Below, in pieces: positions 10,398 to 18,513 of a DNA stretch of 64,000 bases. Every line of letters starts with the position of its first letter. Positions within the stretch are counted from its first letter, which is position 1. The translations under genes were made by a program, and so were the position numbers. A model generated the notes under the pieces. The model saw only the letters and a program-made list of their open reading frames with translations, made no database searches and was not told the DNA's origin. Source of the stretch: an uncultured Candidatus Bathyarchaeia archaeon (lineage in GTDB: Archaea > Thermoproteota > Bathyarchaeia > Bathyarchaeales > Bathycorpusculaceae); NCBI GenBank assembly GCA_964527165.1, contig CAZGNE010000006.1, positions 1,601 to 65,600 on the forward strand, written 5' to 3'.

Positions 10398-10562
10398 ATG
10401 TTTGTTTTCCATTTCTTACTTTTTTTGTTTGCTTTGGCGGGTTATGTTTACGCCGCAGAGGAGTCTTTTTCAGATCGGTTTATTGGCAGCCCACTACTGA
10501 TTCTTACGGTGATAATAATCATTTACATTATAGCCTTTGTTTACCATAAAATAAGAAAATAG
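10398..10562 (+). CDS. possible small secreted/membrane protein (54 aa), not in the ORF track
   Basis: Hand-translated: MFVFHFLLFLFALAGYVYAAEESFSDRFIGSPLLILTVIIIIYIIAFVYHKIRK. N-terminal signal-like helix plus a C-terminal TM and basic tail. Composition-based only. Confidence 0.3.
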   Translation: MFVFHFLLFLFALAGYVYAAEESFSDRFIGSPLLILTVIIIIYIIAFVYHKIRK

Positions 10563-10586
10563 GTATTAAAGCTTCAGAGTCGCTTT

Positions 10587-11198
10587 TTAGCAGCATCCTT
10601 TTTTGAGAATACACAGTTTCCTGCTTCCAGTGAGGACTACTTGTTCAGGGGTTTTCAGAATCGTTTTGCCATTATGCGATAAAAAGACTTTGTCTGTAGA
10701 CCTGTAAATGAGTTTGTTGTTGTGGGCAATGAGAACATCAAGCTTGCTGGATTTGTTTGGAAATGCAAAGATAATGCCGTGTTCATGGTCACATGAGTTG
10801 CCGCGTATACCTATTTTCCTGAAGAACTGTGTACATAATTTTTCAGCTTCGACCATGAACGCTTTTTCGTTTTCATAACCTGTTTTCTCGCAATCTTCAT
10901 TATCTGCTTCAATAAGGTGTTGCTGTACTCCATTTATGGGACCAAGCATTAGAAAGGGTTCTTCCACCTCTTTATCTTCTGGTTTGCCAACCGCGCCTTT
11001 TTCAGTTTCTACGATAGTGTCCAAGATTAGTCTGCCTTGTCCATGAAATATGAAGCCCCTTTGTTCATTATCTAGCATTATTGGGATAGCTAGAGCGTCT
11101 TTGCCAATCTCCACGATTCCTTTTTCCGTTTTCCATAGTATTATAGTTCCTGTTACTTTAGAGATGTTGCTGCCTAATCTATAGTTTTGCCAGATCAT
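10587..11198 (-). CDS. hypothetical protein
   Basis: 203-aa ORF. 4-nt overlap with the upstream ArsR-like gene, so probably operonic. No recognisable motif. Confidence 0.5.
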   Translation of the reverse strand: MIWQNYRLGSNISKVTGTIILWKTEKGIVEIGKDALAIPIMLDNEQRGFIFHGQGRLILDTIVETEKGAVGKPEDKEVEEPFLMLGPINGVQQHLIEADNEDCEKTGYENEKAFMVEAEKLCTQFFRKIGIRGNSCDHEHGIIFAFPNKSSKLDVLIAHNNKLIYRSTDKVFLSHNGKTILKTPEQVVLTGSRKLCILKKGCC

Positions 11199-11755
11199 TC
11201 GGTGTTCCCTCTTTCAATGAATTTTGTGATTCGGGTTGCCATTTTGTAGGCCGTCCTGCCGGGCATAGTGATCAGATAGCGTCCTCTAACTTTTTCTTGA
11301 ACGACCAATCCAGCTTCTTCCAGCACTTTTAGATGGCTTGAAAGAGTGCTTCCTGTAATGTCTGAGAGCTTCCCTTGAAGTTCGTTGACATATTTGCCAC
11401 CGCTAACAAGCTCTTTCAATATTCCGAGTCTATGTTCCTGACCTAATGCACTCATAATCTGTGCAGTTCTTGGAAGATCGATGTCTGCTTCTTCAGGTTC
11501 TTTACAAGGCTCTTTATTTCCTCTGATTATCCTTACTCCTCTCGGACCGATAAAGATGGATTTCTCTAGCTCACCGTGAATGCCTTCTGCTACGCTTTCC
11601 ATAACATCTCCCATGTAGTCTTGAACGCGGTTGCCAACGTCGATGTATATACCTTGCCTTCTTCTTTCTTTTTCCGTCGCATTCCAGAGTTGCTCCTTCA
11701 TTTTTGACATTTCTTCTCGAAGTTTCTTAATTTCTTCCTTCACATCTTCAGACAA
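11195..11755 (-). CDS. ArsR-family winged-helix transcriptional regulator with N-terminal coiled coil
   Basis: 186-aa ORF. C-terminal half LGQEHRLGILKELVSGGKYVNELQGKLSDITGSTLSSHLKVLEEAGLVVQEKVRGRYLI is a typical ArsR/SmtB wHTH. A TATA-like AAAGTATATATC lies upstream on the minus strand near 11826-11840. Confidence 0.75.
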   Translation of the reverse strand: MSEDVKEEIKKLREEMSKMKEQLWNATEKERRRQGIYIDVGNRVQDYMGDVMESVAEGIHGELEKSIFIGPRGVRIIRGNKEPCKEPEEADIDLPRTAQIMSALGQEHRLGILKELVSGGKYVNELQGKLSDITGSTLSSHLKVLEEAGLVVQEKVRGRYLITMPGRTAYKMATRITKFIERGNTE

Positions 11756-11887
11756 TTCATGTTCACCATTTCTACTTTCATACCTATCGATTTCATTTCG
11801 ATGATTATCTATTCGAAAACGTCAGATATATACTTTTCTGTGGTTAGTCAAAGCATCTATTTCCAAACCAGTGGACTGGGTAATGTC

Positions 11888-12463
11888 CTATTTTGACAAC
11901 ATCAGGCTTATGAGCTCCTTCGTGTCTACTTCCGCGCGAGTTCTCCAATCCACGTACAATTGTTCATTTTCATCTTGTGCCAAATATCCATAGCGTACAT
12001 AACGGTCGATGTTCAAGCCAACTCTCCATCCTGGAAGTTTGTCGTGGAGCACATCTTCAACTTCTTTCCGTGGAGCTTTACCTTTTTTCGAAATAATGTG
12101 AGATATTGTTATTGCTAATCCTGCAAGGTCGTCTATCCGCCATCCAATCATCTTGGTTTCCTTCGGCGTCAATTCTCCCCTCAACGTTATGTAAAACCTG
12201 GCTTTATCCAATTGCTCCAAACTTGGCTTCTCGATTGCCTTTTCTTCTTCATGAACTATTTTAACTTGTAAATCCAGTGCTTTCAGGTAACCATCCAAGA
12301 TTTTCAACACTTTCGGGTAGTCTGAGCCTAGGGCTTTTCGAAGCTCCCAGCCTTTCACGCCGGGTTTTACGTGTTTCTTGAAGAAGAGCATGTGTGTTGC
12401 CCGTTTTAGCTTGCTTGCGTAGACTGCTTTTCTTCTGCTCATTTGAAATCTCCTCTCTTCCAT
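11888..12463 (-). CDS. tandem winged-helix kite-like protein (ScpB / Nse3-MAGE-like), SMC-operon partner
   Basis: 191-aa ORF. The likelier start is the ATG at 12442 (MSRRKAVY), forming an ATGA overlap with the upstream gene stop. Two WH-like halves. The C-terminal LYVDWRTRAEVDTKELISLM resembles the MAGE-homology YEFLWGPRAxxETSxxKVL pattern. Confidence 0.55.
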   Translation of the reverse strand: MEERRFQMSRRKAVYASKLKRATHMLFFKKHVKPGVKGWELRKALGSDYPKVLKILDGYLKALDLQVKIVHEEEKAIEKPSLEQLDKARFYITLRGELTPKETKMIGWRIDDLAGLAITISHIISKKGKAPRKEVEDVLHDKLPGWRVGLNIDRYVRYGYLAQDENEQLYVDWRTRAEVDTKELISLMLSK

Positions 12464-13266
12464 CGCGCCCAGTCTTCCATTGAAACTGCTATTGGCATGG
12501 AAACTAACTGTTTCTTACTGATTTTTGTCTCAGGGCTTTCATTTGGTCTGATATAGATTTTTTCTTCCAAAGGATAAATTTCCAAGGCAGCGTACCCATA
12601 AGTGATTAGGAAACTTGTCATGAACGCTCTTTGGGCTGTTCCCTCGTAGGTTTCAGCTCCCACAAAATCCCAGTACGATACTTTTCCCTTTTCACCCTTT
12701 TCTGTCACAAAAGTTTTCAACTCATGCCAAAAAATCTCCAAATCTTCCGAAAAGGCTTTCTTCTGTAAAATTTGCTGTTGCACCAGCTCTTCTACAGTGG
12801 CAGAACCTGCTGCAACTTCTTCGGGTAATGATTGATTCCATCTTTCATTCATGGGCAACAGGTTGATCCAGTATGCAGTGGCTTCTGCCAGACTATGTAG
12901 TGAGATTTGTTCCAATTCCAGTATTGGATGCCACACTTGGACAAAGATTCCAATGATTTCTTCCTTTGGCAAACTCAGAATTTTTTCTTCCAGCAGGAAG
13001 GGATCGGTGTAAAGAGATGTTGAACGGTGTTTTACCCATTCGCTCTGAAGCTTGATTACTGACGCTAGATGATGAATCGTTTCAGCGTCTAAGCATAGGT
13101 CTTCGGGAAGGTTCCACTCTGAATAGTAATCCTTAATCGTTTTGATGTTTTCGCCTACATCTATCAGGAAAGGATCAAGTGAACGTTCTTCAATTGGTTT
13201 GCATATTTCGATTATTCGCTGGAGTTTCTGTCTTCCTATTTTCTCTCGTTCTCTTTTCGACTGCAC
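12439..13266 (-). CDS. kleisin-like protein (ScpA/Nse4-like)
   Basis: 275-aa ORF. GTG start overlaps the TAG of the SMC-like gene by 1 nt. The C-terminal AQRAFMTSFLITYGYAALEIYPLEEKIYIRP resembles the ScpA C-terminal winged helix. Size is typical of prokaryotic kleisins. Confidence 0.55.
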   Translation of the reverse strand: MQSKREREKIGRQKLQRIIEICKPIEERSLDPFLIDVGENIKTIKDYYSEWNLPEDLCLDAETIHHLASVIKLQSEWVKHRSTSLYTDPFLLEEKILSLPKEEIIGIFVQVWHPILELEQISLHSLAEATAYWINLLPMNERWNQSLPEEVAAGSATVEELVQQQILQKKAFSEDLEIFWHELKTFVTEKGEKGKVSYWDFVGAETYEGTAQRAFMTSFLITYGYAALEIYPLEEKIYIRPNESPETKISKKQLVSMPIAVSMEDWARWKRGDFK

Positions 13267-15230
13267 TATGATACCTCTCTGATTATGGATTTGCCTTCGA
13301 TGTTTTGAACGGTGATTATGGTGATGCTTTCCTTTGCAAATGTTATTTGGCTCGGTGTAATTACCATATATTGGGCGTTTGCGTCATTTACTGTTGAAAT
13401 GAGCATTTTTGCGATCAATTCACGGTTTTTTGGGTCCATGTGGACATCATATTCGTCGACTGCTCGAAAAGGTGAACGGACATGTTGCTGTAAAGCTAAT
13501 AGAAAGCTCATTGTGGCTGTTGTTCTTTCTCCGCCACTTTGAGTGTAAGCATCTAGAGGAACGGGTCTGCTGCCCTTAAATCCTACGAGAATCTCTAATC
13601 CAGCAGCTTCTATGTCGTGCTCGTGCACAAGTCTAACTTCTCCAATCGCCTGTGTTTGCATTAAAATCCTTTGGTATGCTAGGTTTGCGCGTTCCAACAT
13701 GCTTTGTATTACTGTTCGCCATGCCTGCATTCGTATTTTGACTTCTTCCAGGGTTTTTTCACGATTTTCCGCAACCAATTGTGCCTTTTCTTTAAGTTCT
13801 AAGTAGAGTTTTGAATAGGATTCGTACATTCTTTCTATGTCTTCTGAAACATCAGTAAGGGCAGCTAGATGACCTTCTATAACTCTCATCTCGTCAAGAA
13901 TCTCGCCTGCGCTTTTTAGAATTGCGATTCTTGAGCCTGTCTGTTCTGCTTTGCTTATGACTTCGTCTAAGTGTTTCTTTTCCGTTCCCAATTCTTTTTC
14001 GAGTTTCTCTATGTCAGCTGTCGCATTTTCTTCGCGATATTGCAGTAGTGCTAGCTTTATTCGAATCTCTAAAATCTGATTGCCCACTTTTTCAACTTTT
14101 TCCTCGACGTCTCTGATTTTCATCTGGTTTTCGTTTATTTTAATGTCTGATTCTGATAGCTGTTGGCTTGAGTTTTGTACTAATTCCTTCAAATTTTCGC
14201 TTCTCAAAAGCTTGAGCTGTACTGTGTTCTGGTCTACTTGCTGATTTATGTTAAGAGATGAATTTCCACGGCTTAGACTGGTTTGTTCTAGCACAGCCGT
14301 TTCTTTTAGCAACTGCTGACACAATGATATCTTGGATTCGTTTCCAGCTTTTTCGCGTTCGAGGCTTAAGCGTTCGTCAAAAAAAGTTTTTCCCTCATCC
14401 TTCAGTTTTTGTAGTGTATTCCGCTGGATATGCAGAGCATTTTTCGCGTTTGTTGCTTCTTCCTCTATATGACCTAGAATTCCTTGCAGTTTTTTTCTTT
14501 CGCCTTCCATTTCTTTGAGCATGTTTTCTCTGCGGATAACTTCTGCCCATGCAAACTCTCGCTCCAGGAATCTTCTTTTTGCTGAAAGCTGTTTTTTCTC
14601 TTGAAAACGGTCGTACTGCTCTCTCCAATAATTGAGCGTTTGTTCTGCAGATTCCAAAAGTTTGCTCATAGATTCTTCTTGGCTCAGGGCACGAGTCAGC
14701 TTTCTTTGTGCCTGCAACACGTTTTCCCGATAGGCTTCAAGCCCAACTGCTGACTCGACAATTCGCAATTTTTCGTGCATAGAAAGCACTGTGAATTGTT
14801 CAACCATGTTTTGATGCATTATGATTAGTATGTTATCCGGATCAACGCCCAATCTAGATAAAAGCCTGCAAACATCTTGTTTTGTAGCAGCCCTATTTTC
14901 GAGCTCAGACCAGTATTTACCATCCCGCCGCAAAACGCGTGTGAGAAAGATTTGGTCCTTATTGTATTTTGAAACCGGTCTGTTCTGTCCTTTTTTAGTA
15001 TTGTCCAAAACTAGTGTAATGCGGGCTTGGTCTTTTCCCCAGCGGATTAAATCGCTCAGCTTCCGTGAGCGCTCAGTATAAGATTGTCCTAATGCCACGG
15101 AGATTGCGAGTAACAGCGATGATTTTCCAGATCCATTAGGTCCGCAGATAACGTTTACGCCAGATTTGAAGGGTACTCTGGCATACTCGTAGCTCATGAA
15201 GTTCTCCAAGATTACTTCCTGAATCAACAT
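13266..15230 (-). CDS. short SMC-like ABC ATPase without hinge (SMC5/6- or ASRP-like)
   Basis: 654-aa ORF. Walker A GPNGSGKS (aa 30-37), ABC signature SGGERT, Walker B/D-loop FRAVDEYDVHMD. A heptad-rich E/K/L/Q middle of about 330 aa has no hinge domain and no CxxC hook. Confidence 0.8.
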   Translation of the reverse strand: MLIQEVILENFMSYEYARVPFKSGVNVICGPNGSGKSSLLLAISVALGQSYTERSRKLSDLIRWGKDQARITLVLDNTKKGQNRPVSKYNKDQIFLTRVLRRDGKYWSELENRAATKQDVCRLLSRLGVDPDNILIIMHQNMVEQFTVLSMHEKLRIVESAVGLEAYRENVLQAQRKLTRALSQEESMSKLLESAEQTLNYWREQYDRFQEKKQLSAKRRFLEREFAWAEVIRRENMLKEMEGERKKLQGILGHIEEEATNAKNALHIQRNTLQKLKDEGKTFFDERLSLEREKAGNESKISLCQQLLKETAVLEQTSLSRGNSSLNINQQVDQNTVQLKLLRSENLKELVQNSSQQLSESDIKINENQMKIRDVEEKVEKVGNQILEIRIKLALLQYREENATADIEKLEKELGTEKKHLDEVISKAEQTGSRIAILKSAGEILDEMRVIEGHLAALTDVSEDIERMYESYSKLYLELKEKAQLVAENREKTLEEVKIRMQAWRTVIQSMLERANLAYQRILMQTQAIGEVRLVHEHDIEAAGLEILVGFKGSRPVPLDAYTQSGGERTTATMSFLLALQQHVRSPFRAVDEYDVHMDPKNRELIAKMLISTVNDANAQYMVITPSQITFAKESITIITVQNIEGKSIIREVS

Positions 15231-15358
15231 TGATGGCTTTGCCTCTTATTGAAGGCATAAATAGGTGAAAAACTCTTATTAAAACAATTGGGACATATTC
15301 TTTTATAATTAGGTGTAGTTTCTCGTTTTCTTTTCTTGATTAGTTTGACGCTTTCCAC
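15224..15358 (-). CDS. possible 44-aa basic Cys/His mini-protein, or the tail of a decayed gene, overlapping the SVC-like start
   Basis: GTG ORF read by hand: (M)ESVKLIKKRKRETTPNYKRICPNCFNKSFSPIYAFNKRQSHQC, with CxxC...HxC. Its stop overlaps the start of the SMC-like gene by 7 nt. The same frame is open upstream without a start codon. Confidence 0.2.
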   Translation of the reverse strand: MESVKLIKKRKRETTPNYKRICPNCFNKSFSPIYAFNKRQSHQC

Positions 15359-15679
15359 ACCACATACGCGTTCGAGCCTGTTTTCTACTAGTGCTTTAGC
15401 TTCATCTGCGGTTTCAGTGGTTGCAGAAGGATACCCATCGTTTCCAAGATCTACCAGCTGCGTGTAGATTAAAGCTTTCTGGAAGGTTATACAAAAGGCT
15501 TAACGCGTATCTGTCCAATTTTCTCGGCGATTTCCTTGAGAAAAGTTTTATCAAAACGCTGTTTCAGAATTTCTTCTATTTTTCAGACTTACACTGTTGA
15601 CGGCGTTGTCTGGCTTGCTTGTTTTCCAGCAGAGCGTTGGCGCCGGGCTTTGTAGGCGGCTTCTGAGGGAACAGTATGG

Positions 15680-15933
15680 GCGCAGCGCCTGCTGTTCAGG
15701 TAACGTTTCTTTGAATATATTTTCAAAAATACATTTCCCAGAGCGCTCCATTATTGCTCTGCTTCTGCCAAATCATCTAGCATCATATTGATAAATATTA
15801 GGCACACATAAGAAGTCAAGAGCTAAGCGTATTGGAGGATCTGTAGCTCATTAAAGTCGGCTATTCGCCTGTAAAGAGAGGTATCGAAAAACTGCGAACT
15901 TCAGTTAGAAATGTGACAATAGTAATCAAGTAA
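15680..15933 (+). pseudogene. decayed paralog of the small ArsR-like wHTH genes at 26872..27159 and 30082..30360
   Basis: Hand translation ...AHIRSQELSVLEDL*LIKVGYSPVKRGIEKLRTSVRNVTIVIK* aligns with ...SEAYISQEVRRLEDLKLIKVSYAPGKRGIRKICELAVQKISIIIKK*. Has an in-frame TAG plus upstream indels. Nucleotide similarity continues into the 3' flank. Confidence 0.7.
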
Positions 15934-16007
15934 TAGGTGGGGTCTACCTATGCAACTTCGGCAGACTACTCAGAGGAGGTAGAATAATCAAGAAAGCTAT
16001 GCCTCCA

Positions 16008-17270
16008 TCACTCCTTATGCAAGAATGATTTGTAAATTTCTAATGTTTGTTCCGCGGCTTTTCTCCATGTGAAATATTCTAAAACTCTTTTGCGCCCGTT
16101 TTTGCCCCATGTCTTCGCTCTCTGCTGATCCTTTAACACCGCGTTTATTCCCCAAGCTATGTCGGCTGCTTCTTCGCCGTTAACATGGACTCCGTTTTGA
16201 TCTGGACCAGACGGTATTATTTGTTCCCGAAAGCCTACCACCCCTTTGGAGCCCACCACAACAGGTTTCTCCATGGCCATGGCTTCTAGGCTGACGATGC
16301 CGAACGGTTCATAAACCGATGGAAAAATGCATACATCCGCGGCAGCGTAATGCAGTATTCTCTCATCTTCTGGCACAAACTCAAACCGGTAGATAATCTT
16401 GTCTTCTATTCCAAGCCTACTCGCTGTTTCAACGATGTCTCTTTGCTTCTCACCTTTGCCTAGAATTACAAGTTTCGTTTTCGGATATTCCTCCAAAACC
16501 ATGGGCATTGCCTGAACCAAGTTATCAACACTTTTCACCCAGGTTAGTCTCCCTACAAAGAGAAGCATTGTCCAATCTTTTTCAATACTATATTTCTCCC
16601 GAATCTCCTGTACATCTTCCTGTTGACAATTCTGCGGATTGTAGCGTTGGGGGTTTACTCCATTCCAGACCACGCTTATTTTTGATTGTGGCCAACCGTG
16701 CTGCGTTAAGTCATCCCGCATTGAATGGCTCACTGTAATTATTCCATCCGTGTTATGGGCTGCTGCCCATTCAAGATGCGAAACAACCCTTGAACCGTGC
16801 CCTCTGCTTCTTCCCCATTCAGTACTGTGCACATGAAAGATCACAGGAATCTTTGTTTCATTTTTGATTATTACTCCTGCTATGCTACTCAACCAGTCAT
16901 GCACGCATACTACGTCAAAACTGTAACCCTCTTTCTCGATCAAATCATTGATGAATTTTGTTGCGCTCAAAACATTATGTATGAAGATGTCGCTGAAAAA
17001 GCGGATGTTAGTTCCCCACTCTTTCAAGTCCTCGGCAACAAACATTGGAAAAACGTTGCCAGCATCCGCTATCAAGGGACGGTGGATCTCTACTCCTTTC
17101 AAAATCTCTCTAGTCTTCAAATCGCCCGGATTAAGGGTGAAAACTGACACGTCGTGACCTAAACTGACAAACTCTCGCGTTATATAATCGGCATATGTGC
17201 CTAAACCGCCCACAATTTTTGGGGGATACTCGTAAACAAAGAAGCCTATTCGCAAAACACAACTCTCCAT
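16008..17270 (-). CDS. GT-B glycosyltransferase, family 4/5 (glycogen-synthase-like)
   Basis: 420-aa ORF. N-terminus IGFFVYEYPPKIVGGLGTY. C-terminal EPFGIVSLEAMAMEKPVVV (E-x7-E region) is typical of group-1 glycosyltransferases. Confidence 0.85.
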   Translation of the reverse strand: MESCVLRIGFFVYEYPPKIVGGLGTYADYITREFVSLGHDVSVFTLNPGDLKTREILKGVEIHRPLIADAGNVFPMFVAEDLKEWGTNIRFFSDIFIHNVLSATKFINDLIEKEGYSFDVVCVHDWLSSIAGVIIKNETKIPVIFHVHSTEWGRSRGHGSRVVSHLEWAAAHNTDGIITVSHSMRDDLTQHGWPQSKISVVWNGVNPQRYNPQNCQQEDVQEIREKYSIEKDWTMLLFVGRLTWVKSVDNLVQAMPMVLEEYPKTKLVILGKGEKQRDIVETASRLGIEDKIIYRFEFVPEDERILHYAAADVCIFPSVYEPFGIVSLEAMAMEKPVVVGSKGVVGFREQIIPSGPDQNGVHVNGEEAADIAWGINAVLKDQQRAKTWGKNGRKRVLEYFTWRKAAEQTLEIYKSFLHKE

Positions 17271-17493
17271 GATCCTTAGGCTGCTAAATCATTGGGGTGA
17301 TTGGTTTTTAAAGCTTATCCATTGCGGTAGAAGGCAACTTTCTTGACTTGTTTCGGTGAAGAACGAGCTCTTATGCGTAGAAGCAGGGATGGACAAAAAT
17401 GCAAGCATTCAATGACGAAAGAGGAAATATGAAATATGAGCCTGCAACAGTTTTAATTAGGGAATAAATCTTTGGCAGTATGCTCTAAAAATT

Positions 17494-17690
17494 GGAGAAA
17501 CATTCCTAAAACTTGAAACAAGCGGAAAAGGCTTGACAACGCTGAAGCAGAGAAGAGACTGCAGACATATGAAGCAAACGAGCTGGAAAAAGCAAAGAAA
17601 ACAAGCAAACTGGCTCTGCTCGTACATCAACTTAGAGTTCTCTTGTCGGCGTCCTCGTTGCTGCAGCGCTGTCCGCCTTAATGGACGTTA
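17494..17690 (+). pseudogene. frameshifted N-terminal fragment of a P-type cation ATPase (paralog of 31264..34044)
   Basis: Three frames read ETFLKLETSGKGLTT / AEAEKRLQTYEANELEKAKKTSKLALLVHQL / LVGVLVAAALSALMD. These match EEVFKKLGTSERGLTTAEAEKRLQTYGANELEEEKKTTKLVLLMRQLKNPLVGVLVVAALVS. No continuation follows. Confidence 0.8.
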
Positions 17691-17883
17691 GCGCGATTGA
17701 GAGGGTCTGGATGCGAAGCTATAGTTTCGCAAAAATAGGCGAACAGGTGCGTGTCCTTCATCAATAGTGAGGAAAAGAATGAAAGAGAGTATAAAGAAAT
17801 GAAAGGGAAAAGGCAAAATAAATGGACTTGACAAAGGCGGGCGGGCTTATGATAAGTGACCAAAGCCAGCTATAAACACTTCT

Positions 17884-18465
17884 TTGACTCACTATTCTCT
17901 TAGTATACTAGCAGTCTTGCTTCTTTCATACACAGTAGCAAAACATATAGCGAACTCGATAGAACTTAATGGAAAGATACAACTGAAGAGAGCGAGAAGA
18001 CGTATGTTAGAACAGGAGGTTGCTGAGAGACTGAGGAACATGCATGCACAACATATTTTAGAAGCAACTGTTCCCCGAGCAGGGCAAATTATTTTGTGTG
18101 TGAACAAAACAGGTTTCTGGAAGTTGATCGAATCGTTGAAAAATGAGGGTTTTGCCCACTTGTCCACGATTACAGGTCTCGAAGTAGGCGGTGCAATTGA
18201 ACTTCTCTACCATCTAACTGGAGAGCGCATCATATTGACTGTGCAAGTGAACTTGCCTCTGGATGAACTCTCAATGCCCACAATCACCGATATTATTGCA
18301 GGAGCGTCTCTTTATGAACGCGAAATTTACGACTTTTTTGGGGTGAGATTTGAAGGACATCCAAACTTGGAGCGTTTAATCTTGCCAGATGATTGGCCAG
18401 AAGACGTTTATCCTCTACGTAAAAGTAAGACAGAAGAAAAAGGAGAAGAAACACTATCAAGCTAG
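17884..18465 (+). CDS. group-4 [NiFe] hydrogenase NuoC-like (30-kDa) subunit
   Basis: C-terminal YEREIYDFFGVRFEGHPNLERLILPDDWPEDVYPLRK is the typical Complex1_30kDa motif. The real start is probably the ATG at 18004 (MLEQEV..., 153 aa). Confidence 0.8.
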   Translation: MTHYSLSILAVLLLSYTVAKHIANSIELNGKIQLKRARRRMLEQEVAERLRNMHAQHILEATVPRAGQIILCVNKTGFWKLIESLKNEGFAHLSTITGLEVGGAIELLYHLTGERIILTVQVNLPLDELSMPTITDIIAGASLYEREIYDFFGVRFEGHPNLERLILPDDWPEDVYPLRKSKTEEKGEETLSS

Positions 18466-18513
18466 CACGAAGGCAGAGTTACAGTAAGGTATATAATATT
18501 AGTCTCTGTCTTT

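Noticed and set aside
15551-15791. ORFs 15551..15751 (-) and 15597..15791 (+) in the 780-nt gap upstream of the SMC-like operon.
   Set aside because: The plus-strand ORF is the remnant N-terminal part (…SIIALLLPNHLASY) of the decayed wHTH paralog. The minus-strand ORF is largely its antisense shadow.
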